Source: Gemmatimonadales bacterium
GTDB lineage: Bacteria; Gemmatimonadota; Gemmatimonadetes; Gemmatimonadales; GWC2-71-9
Direction: 5' to 3'
NCBI GenBank assembly: GCA_035637355.1
Contig: DASPXJ010000056.1
Location: 2,517-66,516 of the forward strand
DNA: 64,000 nucleotides
The stretch's first letter is position 1. Each line of letters starts with the position of its first letter. A program made the translations under genes and the position numbers. Positions 6,419 to 16,592 of this stretch are shown here, in pieces. The notes under the pieces were generated by a model. It saw nothing but the letters and a program-made list of their open reading frames with translations, made no database searches and had not been told where the DNA came from.

Positions 6419-7963
6419 TCATCCTTCCGGATCGAGCACCCAGTTTTTGCGGACCGGCCCGTTGGGGGGAACATCGACGGTCTCGCTGCGTGTCTTGTAA
6501 CCGGCGCGCTCCACGCGAATCGAGTGACGCCCCGGGCTCACCGTAAACTCGACGACCGGCGTCGGCCCGACATCGCGGCCGTCGATGAACACCTCACCCG
6601 GCGGGATCGAATTCACCGTGATAAACCCCTGCTCGGCCGCGGCCGGAGGAGCGGCGCCTCGCCTCGAGGGAGGTGGCGGCGGCGGTTGCGCCGCAACGCG
6701 AGGCGGTTCCGCCGGTACCACGGCAGCCGGTGGAGGTGCCGGTGGAGCCTCACTCTTTCTGCCCAGTGTCAGATAGCCGCCGACGCCGGCCGCGGCGACC
6801 ACGAGCGCGCCCACCAGAATGCCGACACCCGACCGCTTCTTCTTTGCCGTGGGGATCGTCATCCCCGCGCGCGGGATCGGCGTCGTCGGAGCCGCCGTTA
6901 CTTCGGTCGGCGCATCGGCCGCAGCGGTGCGCTGCGGCCGCGGCGGCGGCCGCCGCTGGCTCTTGCTCGCTCCAGCCTTGGGGGCAGTCACCGGCTGTTC
7001 GGGCCACACGGCGGTGGCGAAGTCTTCCATCGTGTCGAAGCGCTGGGCCGGCTCCTTGGAAAGCGCGCGGGAGATGGCTCGAGTGAGGAACTCGGGCGCA
7101 TCGCCGCGCTTGGCGCGCGCGCTCGGGATCTCCTCGAAGATGTGCTTATAGAGGATTGTGTGGACCGAATCGCCGCTATACGGCAGCTCGGCGGTCATCA
7201 TGCGATACGCGACGACGCCGAGCGAGTACTGGTCGGCGCGGCCGTCCACGGTGGCGCCCTTGGCCTGCTCGGGCGCCATGTAGTGCGGCGTCCCGATGAT
7301 CATCCCCGTGCCGGTGAAGCCCGTCGCTGCCTGCAGCGCCTTGGAGATGCCGAAGTCGGTCAGCATCACGCGGCCGTCGTGGTCGAACATGATGTTGGCG
7401 GGCTTCACGTCGCGGTGCACGACGCCGCGTTGATGGGCATGGCCGAGGGCGCAGGCCGCTTCCCATAACACGCGCTGGATGTAATCGATGGTGAGCGGGG
7501 GGGGCTGCTTCTGATCGAGCACGTCCTCGAGCGACGTGCCCGCGATGTATTTCATGACGAAGTAGTTGAGCCCGCCCTCGCTCTCGACGCGGTAAATCGG
7601 GATGATGTTCGTGTGATCGAGCTTCGCCGAGGTCTTCGCTTCCTGCTGGAAACGCTTGACGATGTGCTCGTCCATCGAGATGTCGGGCGGCAGCACCTTG
7701 ATCGCGACTTCGCGCTCGAGCGTCAGGTCATGCGCCAGAAAAACGGCGCCCATGCCGCCCTTGCCGAGCATGCGCTCGACCTTGTATTTCCCTTCGACCA
7801 GGCGCTGCAGCCGCAGCATCAGCGCTTCGGTGCCGGTTGTGGCCGCGCCGAGCGTGCCGCCTCCCGTCACATCCGCGCCGCAGGCGTAGCAGAACTTGCT
7901 GCCGTCCGGCAGCGGCGTGTGGCATTTGAGGCATTCCATCATCGAACCCGCGGCTCCGGTCAT
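6419..7963 (-). CDS. Ser/Thr protein kinase with N-terminal zinc ribbon and C-terminal PEGA domain
   Basis: Hanks kinase motifs (GKGGMGAVF, VAIK, HRDVKPANI, DFG, APE). N-terminal CLKCH...CYACG. TM helix. C-terminal ITVNSIPPGEVFIDG...GRHSIRVERAGY (PEGA). Confidence 0.85.
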   Translation of the reverse strand: MTGAAGSMMECLKCHTPLPDGSKFCYACGADVTGGGTLGAATTGTEALMLRLQRLVEGKYKVERMLGKGGMGAVFLAHDLTLEREVAIKVLPPDISMDEHIVKRFQQEAKTSAKLDHTNIIPIYRVESEGGLNYFVMKYIAGTSLEDVLDQKQPPPLTIDYIQRVLWEAACALGHAHQRGVVHRDVKPANIMFDHDGRVMLTDFGISKALQAATGFTGTGMIIGTPHYMAPEQAKGATVDGRADQYSLGVVAYRMMTAELPYSGDSVHTILYKHIFEEIPSARAKRGDAPEFLTRAISRALSKEPAQRFDTMEDFATAVWPEQPVTAPKAGASKSQRRPPPRPQRTAAADAPTEVTAAPTTPIPRAGMTIPTAKKKRSGVGILVGALVVAAAGVGGYLTLGRKSEAPPAPPPAAVVPAEPPRVAAQPPPPPPSRRGAAPPAAAEQGFITVNSIPPGEVFIDGRDVGPTPVVEFTVSPGRHSIRVERAGYKTRSETVDVPPNGPVRKNWVLDPEG

Positions 7964-9588
7964 GGCTCCGCCCGCGGCCTCATCGCGGGAGACGCGCGGA
8001 GCGACGACTTCTTGGGCGAGCTGGCCGGCGCAACGGGGAAGCCGGAGCAGCCGCTCGTGTTGATGCAGAGGTCGTACGCGACGGGTGCGCCGAGATAGTC
8101 GACCGCGACGAGGTAATACTCGCCCTGCCCTAGCAACACTGTGATCGATTCCGTCGAGCCTGTGTCGGTGGAGGCGGCCTTCTGGTCGAGCGTGCTGCTC
8201 GCTCCGCCACCTGGGACGGTCAGCACATAGAGGTCTACGTCGCTGGACGAGGCCGTTGCGCCCGGCAGGGCCGCGATTTTCGCGGTGACGATCTGCCCGG
8301 CAACACCCGTCACGCGAAAGCGAATCCAGTCGATGTCGTGGGCGTTGTCGATGGTGAGTGTGTCACGGAACGACCCCGGCAGTGTGACCGCCAATCCCCG
8401 GGCATCGGCGGCGTCGCAAAAATCGTCTTCCTCGTGCGCATCGCGGCCGACCCCCGGGTCGGTGGTGATGTACCCCTCGAAGACGGCAAGACCGTACCGC
8501 CCCGGTTGGGAGTAGATCGACAGCGCGTGCAAACGTCCCGCCGGCATCCCCCTGAGCGCGACGACAGTCGATTCGGGTTGTGTCTCGACGGGCTCAAACG
8601 GTTGTCCTTTGCAGGCGTGTGAGCCGGGACCGAGCGTCCAGGCACTATCACCAAGGAAATAGCCACTCCCCGAAACGAAAACCAGCGAGTCAGAGAGAAA
8701 CGTCGAAAACGTCCCGAGGACATCCGGGGCGGTCAGAATGAGCGTGAGGTCGCGGGGTGTCGTCTGTGAGAATCGATACCAATCGACACCGACCTCGTCG
8801 CGCTTCAGGGGCTCGAACGCGAGCGCCGGATTGAAGAATCTTAGCGCGGGAAGAGCAGCGATGAGGGGCGGCGCTTCGAGGTTGATTGGCCGTGGCGTCG
8901 TTTCGTTCGGCTCCAGCACATCGACTGGCACAACGTGGGTTGTGTCGGGCGCGTTGCCGAACACACCCGGACCGATGAACGACACAGGCGCGGAGTGCGC
9001 CACCGGTGTCACCCAGAAGGTTGCCGTCGAGAAGCCGGTGGAGTCGCGGGTGCGCGTGGCAATCAACCCGGGCAGCGGATAGTCGAACTGGGTCGTGTTA
9101 TCGAGAAACGCGATGAAAATCGAATCGACGCCGACGCCATAGACCGTGATGGTGTCGCCAAAGCGCACCAGGCTGGGCCGGACACTGTCGATTTCCAACG
9201 GCCTGGAGACGCGCAGCGGCACGTAGGCCGTCTGGGATTTCTCGAATGCCACGGCGCGCGCGCTGACGGTGACGGTCCCCGACGCGATTCCGGTAACCTC
9301 TGCGCCGCCGAATCCCTGATCCTTGACGATCGCGAGCGAGTCGTTGTCGGTCGTCCATCGGAACACCACGTTCTTGACTTCGGCCGAGTCGCTGCCGGCG
9401 CGTTGCCACAGGTAGGCATGCGCCAGCAGCTTCTGCCCTGCCAACACGACCTGCCTGCCGGAGTCCGTTTGGACCGTGACGAAGAGATCGTTGCTTTTGT
9501 CGGTGGGAAACGCGCAGGTAACGGCGGCGAGCGCCGCTGCGAGCGTGACCACAAGTATGGCTCGGTCTAACCTGCGCATCCGGTCCAA
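7960..9588 (-). CDS. secreted protein with Big_2-like and pre-peptidase C-terminal (PPC) type domains
   Basis: 542 aa with a signal anchor. LAIVKDQGFGGAEVTGIASGTVTVSA resembles Big_2. DIDWIRFRVTG...SSDVDLYVL resembles PPC. Confidence 0.6.
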   Translation of the reverse strand: MDRMRRLDRAILVVTLAAALAAVTCAFPTDKSNDLFVTVQTDSGRQVVLAGQKLLAHAYLWQRAGSDSAEVKNVVFRWTTDNDSLAIVKDQGFGGAEVTGIASGTVTVSARAVAFEKSQTAYVPLRVSRPLEIDSVRPSLVRFGDTITVYGVGVDSIFIAFLDNTTQFDYPLPGLIATRTRDSTGFSTATFWVTPVAHSAPVSFIGPGVFGNAPDTTHVVPVDVLEPNETTPRPINLEAPPLIAALPALRFFNPALAFEPLKRDEVGVDWYRFSQTTPRDLTLILTAPDVLGTFSTFLSDSLVFVSGSGYFLGDSAWTLGPGSHACKGQPFEPVETQPESTVVALRGMPAGRLHALSIYSQPGRYGLAVFEGYITTDPGVGRDAHEEDDFCDAADARGLAVTLPGSFRDTLTIDNAHDIDWIRFRVTGVAGQIVTAKIAALPGATASSSDVDLYVLTVPGGGASSTLDQKAASTDTGSTESITVLLGQGEYYLVAVDYLGAPVAYDLCINTSGCSGFPVAPASSPKKSSLRASPAMRPRAEP

Positions 9589-9644
9589 TCCGTGACTTGA
9601 GGGTCGAACATACTATACGCGGGATGGTCGGGCCAGACAGTGAC

Positions 9645-11039
9645 TTACAGCGTGCCCCGGCGCTTCAGGTCGAGATATTTCGCGACCACCGCCTGCGCCG
9701 CGCGCTCCGGTGTGACGTCGATCACCAGCACGCCCGCGCGCCGCATGTGTCCCAGCGCTTCCTCGCGCGCATGCAGCAGCTCCTCGGCCGCGGCCTTGCG
9801 AAAGGCATCGCGCGCTGTGGCGGGCCGCTGTGTCGCCGCGGCGTCGAGCTCGGGATTGCGCAGCGTGACAGCGAGCGGCAGGTGACGCGGGCGTAACGTC
9901 GCGACGTTCGCCACGAGCGCATCCGAGGCAAAGCGATCGATGACATCGGTGAACAGCACCGTCAGCGCGCGCTTGCGGTTGCGCGCGGCGAGATACCGGA
10001 ACGCCCCCGGATAATCGGGCTCGACGAGTTTGGGTTGCACCTCCGCCAGCACATCGAGCACGCGCCGCACGCCGCTGCGTCCCCGCTCCGGCGCGACGAA
10101 ATGCTGGACGCCGTCGGCGAACGTCATGATGCCGACGTTGTCGTCGTGCTGCGCCGCGGCATAGGCCAGCTCCAGCGCCGCCTGGACCGCGAAATCGAGC
10201 CGTGCCACGCCGGCCGCCACGTCGGCGGTCATCAGCCTTCCCGTATCGAGCACCAGCAGCACCTGTTGGCGCCGCTCGGCTTCGTACTGGCGCGTGATCA
10301 CCTTCGCGCGGCGTGCCGTCGCCTTCCAGTCAATGTGACGCAGGTCGTCGCCCGGCACCCATTCGCGCAGCGACTCGAACAACCGTCCTTCTCCCAGCTG
10401 ACGAATCGGCTTCGTGCCGACGTCGCGGCGCCGCAGCGCTTCTGCGACCGACGCCCGCAGCCGCACCGATACGAGCGGTGGATAGACGACCACGTCCCAC
10501 GGCAGCGGCAGGCGAAAGCGATGCCGCCCCAGACCCAGGGGACCCAGACTATCGAGCACGAAGCCGCCGGTGCCGGCGGCCTCGCGCCCCCGCCGCAAGG
10601 GAACGACCGGCACCACCTCGCGGGTCGCCGCGCGGGGGGGAATGCGCACGGGCCTGGGTGGCTGCGACCCGCCGAGGATGTCGGGGCGCACCTCCCGCAC
10701 GCGCAACCGCGCGCGGCGGCGTGACGGGTTGGTCCAGCGATAGGTGACCTCGCCGGTGTGCCCGACGGACAACGCGGGCAGCGGCTCGCGGGCGACGACG
10801 ACCGTTTGCGCCAGCGTCGCATCGAGCCAAATCAGGACGACCAGGGCGATGTCGGCGACGAGCATGACATCGAGGCCCCACGACGTCCAGAATTGGGCGA
10901 CGCCGAACAGCGACAGCAGCCCGGCGATCAGCAGGGCGCGCGGCGTCCAGAGAATGCCGGCCACGGTGCCGAGCACGAGCCACAGCCCGAGGAAGGCGGC
11001 GATGACGGCGCCGACCGCGAGCACCGGCAGCAGGTTCAA
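9645..11039 (-). CDS. DUF58 domain protein (vWA-like MoxR partner)
   Basis: N-terminal TM helices. FESLREWVPGDDLRHIDWKATAR...QYEAERRQQVLLVLDTG is the characteristic DUF58 signature. Confidence 0.8.
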   Translation of the reverse strand: MNLLPVLAVGAVIAAFLGLWLVLGTVAGILWTPRALLIAGLLSLFGVAQFWTSWGLDVMLVADIALVVLIWLDATLAQTVVVAREPLPALSVGHTGEVTYRWTNPSRRRARLRVREVRPDILGGSQPPRPVRIPPRAATREVVPVVPLRRGREAAGTGGFVLDSLGPLGLGRHRFRLPLPWDVVVYPPLVSVRLRASVAEALRRRDVGTKPIRQLGEGRLFESLREWVPGDDLRHIDWKATARRAKVITRQYEAERRQQVLLVLDTGRLMTADVAAGVARLDFAVQAALELAYAAAQHDDNVGIMTFADGVQHFVAPERGRSGVRRVLDVLAEVQPKLVEPDYPGAFRYLAARNRKRALTVLFTDVIDRFASDALVANVATLRPRHLPLAVTLRNPELDAAATQRPATARDAFRKAAAEELLHAREEALGHMRRAGVLVIDVTPERAAQAVVAKYLDLKRRGTL

Positions 11040-11992
11040 GCGGTCGGCGCCTCCGTGCGGTCGAGAATCGCTTTGAGCGCCTGATCGGCGGTGACACCCT
11101 CGAGCTCGAGCTCCGGCGCGACGTTGACGCGGTGCCGCAGGACCGCGGGCGCGAGCAGCTTGACGTCGTCAGGAATGACGTAGTCGCGGCCGTCCAGCAG
11201 CGCGGCGGCGCGCGCGGCCTTGAACAGCGCCACGCCGGCGCGCGGGCTCGCGCCCAGCGTGAGCGACGCGGCCTCGCGCGTCGCCCGCACGATCGCGGTG
11301 ATGTAGCCGGTAATGCGCGGCTCGACCCGCACCGCGTCCACCGCCTGGCGCAGCTGCTCCAGCCCCTCGGCATTGACCACGGGCGTCACGCCATAGGTGC
11401 CGGTGCGGTCGGCTTCGAAGCCTTCGACGTAGCGCGTGAGGATTCCCTGCTCCACGGCGGCGGACGGATAGCCGACCTGCACCTTCGCCATGAAGCGGTC
11501 GAGCTCGGCTTCGGGCAGCGGATAAGTGCCCTCGAACTCGATCGGATTCTGCGTCGCGAACACGGTGAACGTCGCGGACAGGGGATGACTCTGGCCGTCG
11601 ACCGTGACGGTGCGCTCCTGCATCGCCTCGAGCAACGCCGCCTGAGTCTTGGCGGGCGCGCGATTGATCTCGTCGGCGAGCACGAGGTCGGCAAAGACGG
11701 GTCCCGGCCGGAAGGTGAACTGCTGCATGCCGGTAAGGAGCGTGATGCCGGTGATGTCGGCCGGCATGAGGTCGGGCGTGAACTGAATCCGCACAAAGCG
11801 CACGTCGAGCGCGAGGCCGAGAGTGCGGACGAGCAATGTCTTCGCCGTCCCGGGGACCCCTTCGAGCAGGATGTGGCCGCGCGCGAGCAGGCACACGAGC
11901 ACCTCGCGGGTGGCGGCTTCCTGTCCCAGCACCACGCGGCGCAGGGCCTCTACGATGCGCTGCGCGTCGTGCGCGGGCGTAGTTCCTCCCAC
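11036..11992 (-). CDS. MoxR-family AAA+ ATPase
   Basis: Walker A GVPGTAKT, Walker B LLADEINRA, and typical MoxR C-terminus. Start set to the in-frame GTG at 11992. The long Arg-rich N-terminal extension of ORF 11036..12403 overlaps the upstream gene. Confidence 0.85.
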   Translation of the reverse strand: MGGTTPAHDAQRIVEALRRVVLGQEAATREVLVCLLARGHILLEGVPGTAKTLLVRTLGLALDVRFVRIQFTPDLMPADITGITLLTGMQQFTFRPGPVFADLVLADEINRAPAKTQAALLEAMQERTVTVDGQSHPLSATFTVFATQNPIEFEGTYPLPEAELDRFMAKVQVGYPSAAVEQGILTRYVEGFEADRTGTYGVTPVVNAEGLEQLRQAVDAVRVEPRITGYITAIVRATREAASLTLGASPRAGVALFKAARAAALLDGRDYVIPDDVKLLAPAVLRHRVNVAPELELEGVTADQALKAILDRTEAPTA

Positions 11993-13224
11993 ACGTCCTC
12001 CACGGCTTGAGCGGCATGAAGCACGCGACCAGCGCGGTCGTCGCGATCGCGTACGGTGAGCAGCTGATGTAAACGACGCACGGCGGCGCGGCCCTCGGGG
12101 CCGCGCATTGCCAGCTCGAGTCCCTCGACCCATGGCACCACGTTGCCGTCGGCCAGATGACCGGTGCGGCTCAGGCGCCGCCGCAGTCCCAGCGCCAGCC
12201 GCCGGACGGCGGTATCCGCATCGGCGGCGCTCTCGAGTCCCGCCCCCAAGGCCTCCAGGTGCTCGAGCGGCGAGCGACGCCGCCGTTCGATCACGGAACG
12301 CGCGGGCCCGAACCGCACGGCGGTCATTGCCAACCAGACGAGGGCCACGGCAATCAACTGGAGGATCGCCCACCCGGCGGGTGAGCTGCGCAGCCAGCTC
12401 CACGTGCGGTCTGCAAACGACGTCTGGTGCCCGAATCCGAATCCCTGATGGTATTCATCCCACGCCACCCGTCCGGGACGCTCGCGACGCGGCGTGAGCA
12501 GCGGCAGCGCGACGATGGGAACGTCGCTGTCGCGCCAGACCTGGTTCGTGAACCAGCCGGGATCGGCGACGAGCGTGATCGTTCCGCCGCCGCGGTAGCG
12601 CAGGCGCAGAATCGCGGGACGGTTGTTCAGCGCGGCGACGACCGTATCGGCCGCGAACGGCAGCAGCGTGTTGCAGATCCCCAAGCGCCAGTCTTGCTCG
12701 GCGCCTTTGCGGAGTGATTCCAGCCGGCCGCTCCCGCCGGTGTCGGGTCTGATGACGGTCAATACGCGTTCGGTCCGTGGCAGGCGCAGGCCGGGCTGGG
12801 GTGAGCGCACGGCCATGCTGTCGTTGGAAATCCCGGCCGACCGAGTCCGCCACCCCGCGCAGAACGTGATGCCGCCGCCTGCACCGGTGGCGAGTACCGC
12901 GCCGCCGCCGCGCACGTACCGCGCGACCTGCTCCAGCTCGGCATCCTGCAGCGAGATGATGGGATTCAGCAGGACGAGAACGGCGGGACGATGCGCGCGA
13001 TCGCTCGCCAGGTTGAGCAGCGACGTGCGCCGTCGCTCCGTCGGCCGGCCCAGACGCGAGAGGACCTCATTCAGCGCCTTGCTGCCGCTGGGCCCGCTGA
13101 GATACGTCGACGTCCGCCGGTCGAAATCCGATTCTCGCGTCGGCCGGCGATTCGCCGCCCAGAGCGCGATGGCAACCGCCGCCGCGAGCAGCAGCGCGAG
13201 GCCGATTTCAAGCCGGTACGACAT
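11950..13224 (-). CDS. DUF4350 domain protein
   Basis: ORF 11950..13497 trimmed to ATG 13224 (MSYRLEIGLALLLAAAVAIALW). N-terminal TM, a second TM helix, and the usual position between DUF4129 and MoxR. Confidence 0.6.
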   Translation of the reverse strand: MSYRLEIGLALLLAAAVAIALWAANRRPTRESDFDRRTSTYLSGPSGSKALNEVLSRLGRPTERRRTSLLNLASDRAHRPAVLVLLNPIISLQDAELEQVARYVRGGGAVLATGAGGGITFCAGWRTRSAGISNDSMAVRSPQPGLRLPRTERVLTVIRPDTGGSGRLESLRKGAEQDWRLGICNTLLPFAADTVVAALNNRPAILRLRYRGGGTITLVADPGWFTNQVWRDSDVPIVALPLLTPRRERPGRVAWDEYHQGFGFGHQTSFADRTWSWLRSSPAGWAILQLIAVALVWLAMTAVRFGPARSVIERRRRSPLEHLEALGAGLESAADADTAVRRLALGLRRRLSRTGHLADGNVVPWVEGLELAMRGPEGRAAVRRLHQLLTVRDRDDRAGRVLHAAQAVEDVWEELRPRTTRSAS

Positions 13225-13795
13225 GCCGCCCCCGCGCCAGCTCCTGCGCCGCGGCGCCGAACGACTCGTACTCTCCCGCGTCGCACGGCACGGCCCCGAA
13301 GAGGTGGCGGTACAACTGCGCGACCAGACCGGCCAGGGATGCGCGCCCCGCATCGGTGAGGCGGGCTTCGCCGACGTACTCGGCCGGGGTCTTCGACGCG
13401 TGGAAGCGGAGCGCCTTGAGCCGCTCGAGCTCGAGGACGACGGCGAGGAAGCGGTGTGCGAGCGCCTCCGCGTACCGGCCCGCGCGGGCGAGTGCATCGG
13501 CGCGGGCGAGATGCGCCGCCGCGTCCATGATGATGCCGGCGCCGGCGGCGGTCTTACCCGTTCCGGTCCGCGCGGCGGGCCGCACGATGCGCCACATCAC
13601 GTATGCGACATGCACCAGCAGCACGATCAACGCGACGACAACCAGGGCGAGGCCGATGTTGAAGCCGACGGGGTAGCGATCGGCGAGATGATTGAGCCAT
13701 TCAACCAGGTTGTGCCACTGCCGGGCCAGCCAGGAGACGAGCCGGCGGCGCTCGATCCACTGGTATTCCGGACGGCTGAATACCTGGCCGACCAC
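13208..13795 (-). CDS. DUF4129 domain membrane protein (start uncertain)
   Basis: Frame of ORF 13208..14638. In-frame GTG at 13795. TM helix GFNIGLALVVVALIVLLVHVAYV followed by a helical domain (RYAEALAHRFLAVVLELERLKALRFHASKTPAEY). Confidence 0.5.
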   Translation of the reverse strand: MVGQVFSRPEYQWIERRRLVSWLARQWHNLVEWLNHLADRYPVGFNIGLALVVVALIVLLVHVAYVMWRIVRPAARTGTGKTAAGAGIIMDAAAHLARADALARAGRYAEALAHRFLAVVLELERLKALRFHASKTPAEYVGEARLTDAGRASLAGLVAQLYRHLFGAVPCDAGEYESFGAAAQELARGRHVVPA

Positions 13796-13866
13796 GCGCC
13801 GCAGCGAGTCGGGTGGGACAGCCGGTGGAGCGCTCGATGCCTGGAGCAGGGCGAGCCAGGTGCCGA

Positions 13867-14724
13867 TCAGCGGATCTCCATTTGCTCGCTGAGGACCTGC
13901 AGATCGAACGCCTCGCGCCGCACGCGCAAGTCGTAGTAGAGCAGCGTGATCGCGCACGGCAGAATCGGCGCCAGGACGATCCCCATCAGCGACGCCACCA
14001 CGACAAAGAGCGGTTGCAACGACGCGTTCCCCGCCGCGCCCAGCGCCCCGCTGATCCCCCCCACCACCATCTGGGGGAGCAACTGCGAGATCAGCCACGC
14101 GACCACCGCCGTTCCGAACACCTTTCCGCGCGCGCCACGCGTCAACTCCCAGGAACGCCCGAACGCATCGAACGAGCTCGTCAGGTCTTCGAGGACGACG
14201 ATGGGTGTGGTAGTGCCGTAGACACAGGCAACCCACACGACGAACCACGCCAACCCGACGAAGCCGACAAATCCGATCAATCCGCCGACCCCCACCACCT
14301 TGCCGACCATGACCAGCAGGACGACGACGAGCGCTCCGGCGCCCGGCACCAGGATCAGCAACAGGTTCTTGCTGAAGGTGACCAGCAGCAGCGGCAGGAT
14401 CTTGGAGACACCGAATCGCAGCGCGCTGCCGAGCTGCGGCTCCTGGCCGAGGTAGGAGTCCGAGATGATCCGAATCGTCCCCGCCTTGAGCAGCAGTCCC
14501 GCCGTCGTCCATACGATGATCAACAACAGGCCGAATAACACGCTGGTGCCGGTGTGCTGCTCGAGGATGTTCAGCATTTCGAACGGGCTGTTGCTGAACC
14601 GCACCTGCATGTAGATGCCGGCGGCCGTCGGGAGCCACACCAGCGCGAGGCTCAGCCGCATGAACAGGCCGAAGTGACGGCGGTAGATGTTGAAGCTGCC
14701 GTCGAGGATTTCGCCGAGCTGCAT
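13867..14724 (-). CDS. polytopic membrane protein (glycerophosphodiester phosphodiesterase membrane-domain-like / DUF975-like)
   Basis: 285 aa with 6-7 hydrophobic helices. First gene of the long minus-strand operon. Confidence 0.55.
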   Translation of the reverse strand: MQLGEILDGSFNIYRRHFGLFMRLSLALVWLPTAAGIYMQVRFSNSPFEMLNILEQHTGTSVLFGLLLIIVWTTAGLLLKAGTIRIISDSYLGQEPQLGSALRFGVSKILPLLLVTFSKNLLLILVPGAGALVVVLLVMVGKVVGVGGLIGFVGFVGLAWFVVWVACVYGTTTPIVVLEDLTSSFDAFGRSWELTRGARGKVFGTAVVAWLISQLLPQMVVGGISGALGAAGNASLQPLFVVVASLMGIVLAPILPCAITLLYYDLRVRREAFDLQVLSEQMEIR

Positions 14725-14783
14725 GGGCCTGAGATTCGAGCTAATGGGTCGCTCCGCGAGGGGACAGGCGGTAAAATGAGGAC

Positions 14784-16592
14784 ATGGCGGCCTCCGCGCG
14801 AGACCTCGATCTGCGCCAACATCACGGCGTCGAGACGCCGGAGCACGTCGAGGTCCGCTTCGAGCTGGCTGGTGTCGGCTCCCGCATGGCGGCCGGACTG
14901 CTGGACTTGCTGTTCCTGTTCCTCGGCCTGATGCTCCTCTGGATTGGCGGGGGCGTGATCGTCGGCGGCGTGTTGTCGAGGCAGGGGATGCTGCAGGGAT
15001 GGTTCGCCGCCGTGATGGTGCTGCTCATGTTTTCCGGGGTGTGGGGCTATTTCACGCTGTTCGAGGCGTTGAACGGCGGCCGGACGCCCGGGAAGCAGCT
15101 ACTCGGGATCCGCGTGGTCATGGACACGGGGCGGTCGATCACGCCCCCCGCGGCCCTGATTCGCAATTTGGTCCGGCTGCTCGACTGCTACTTCCCGATC
15201 CCGTTCGCGCCGGCGCTGGTCACGATGTTTCTCCACCCGAGCAACAAGCGTCCGGGGGATCTGGCGGCCGGCACGATCGTCGTGCGCGATCGCCCCACCG
15301 ACTGGGTACTTGGGGCCGCGACCGAGAGCGAATCGCCGGCGGACCCCATCGAGACCGGCCCGCCTGAGCTGTCCGAAGACGAATTCCGGCTGCTGGATCG
15401 CTTTCTCGCACGTTTGAGCGAGCTCAATCCCGACGTCCAGATCCGGATGACGGCGGACCTGGTGCGCCGCTTCGAGACGCGCATTCCGCGCCGCAGCGCC
15501 GACCCGCAAGGGTATCTCGTCACCGTCTTTGCCGAAGAGCAGCGCAAGCGTCGCAGCCGCTTCGCGCCGCGCGCGCAGGCGGGCGCGGCCGGTCGGATCA
15601 CCGTGCCGGCCGAGCGCTTCGTCGAGAAGAAGCGGCAGGGATGGGAGTCGTTCCGCGTCACCGCGGTGCGCATGGAGCGGTCCGGCGTCGGCGCACTGGA
15701 GCCGGGCGAGATTCCGGCGTTCGCCGCGCAGTACCGCGAGGTCGCCGCCGATCTCGCCCGCGCCCGCACGTATCAGGTCGACCCGCGGGTGATCACCTAC
15801 CTGGAGCGGGTGGTCACGGCAGGCCACAACGCGCTCTATCGGGCTCGCGGCAAGCAGCGCACGCCCCTGCCCCACTACATCCTGCGCGACTTCCCGGCCG
15901 CCGTCGTGCAATCCTGGCAGTACGTCCTGCTCGCTTTCCTTTTATTCGCCATTCCCGCGGCGGTCGGCTACCGGATGATCCGTGACCGGCCCGCGCTGGC
16001 GGAGGAGATCGTTTCGCCGGTCATGGTCGCGCGCGCCGAGGAAGCGGCCGAGAATCAGGTGGAAGGGCGCGGCTATGCGCAGGCCAGCAAGGAGGATCGC
16101 CCCGTGTGGGCCGCTTTGATCATGTCGAACAACATCAACGTCTCGTTCGGCACGTTTGTCGGCGGCCTGACGGGCGGCCTGCTGACCGCCTGGCTGCTGT
16201 TCGTCAACGGGATGATGCTCGGGCTCGTGATCGGCCTGTTTCAGAACTACCACGCGCTCAACTATCTCATGACGTTCGTGGCGGGACACGGCGTGCTGGA
16301 GCTGACGGCGATCTTCATCTCGGCGGGGGCGGGGTTTCGGCTGGCCAAGGCGCTGATCGCGCCGGGGGACCGCACTCGCAGGGACGCCCTGGTCCTGGAA
16401 GGACGCATCGCGGCGCGCATGATCGGCGCCGTCGTCACGCTGCTCGCGATTGCGGGGACAATCGAAGGCTTACTCTCGGCGTCCGATGCGCCTGCGATCT
16501 GGAAATACGGTGTCAGCGCATCAACAACGCTCTTGTTGGCGTTGTATTTCGTAAATGGCCGAAGGTATTTAGTTGTTCAGCGCCCCCTGTAG
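14784..16592 (+). CDS. RDD domain - linker - SpoIIM (stage II sporulation protein M-like) fusion membrane protein
   Basis: N-terminal RDD signature (GRTPGKQLLGIRVV...IRNLVRLLD). C-terminal SpoIIM-like helices (FVNGMMLGLVIG..., FVAGHGVLELTAIFISAGAGF). Confidence 0.7.
   Translation: MAASARDLDLRQHHGVETPEHVEVRFELAGVGSRMAAGLLDLLFLFLGLMLLWIGGGVIVGGVLSRQGMLQGWFAAVMVLLMFSGVWGYFTLFEALNGGRTPGKQLLGIRVVMDTGRSITPPAALIRNLVRLLDCYFPIPFAPALVTMFLHPSNKRPGDLAAGTIVVRDRPTDWVLGAATESESPADPIETGPPELSEDEFRLLDRFLARLSELNPDVQIRMTADLVRRFETRIPRRSADPQGYLVTVFAEEQRKRRSRFAPRAQAGAAGRITVPAERFVEKKRQGWESFRVTAVRMERSGVGALEPGEIPAFAAQYREVAADLARARTYQVDPRVITYLERVVTAGHNALYRARGKQRTPLPHYILRDFPAAVVQSWQYVLLAFLLFAIPAAVGYRMIRDRPALAEEIVSPVMVARAEEAAENQVEGRGYAQASKEDRPVWAALIMSNNINVSFGTFVGGLTGGLLTAWLLFVNGMMLGLVIGLFQNYHALNYLMTFVAGHGVLELTAIFISAGAGFRLAKALIAPGDRTRRDALVLEGRIAARMIGAVVTLLAIAGTIEGLLSASDAPAIWKYGVSASTTLLLALYFVNGRRYLVVQRPL

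Noticed and set aside
11993-12403. N-terminal 137-aa extension of the MoxR ORF (455-aa version)
   Set aside because: The extension is Arg/Pro/Ala-rich, has no MoxR counterpart, and overlaps the DUF4350 gene by about 450 nt. The in-frame GTG at 11992 gives the usual ~318-aa MoxR length.
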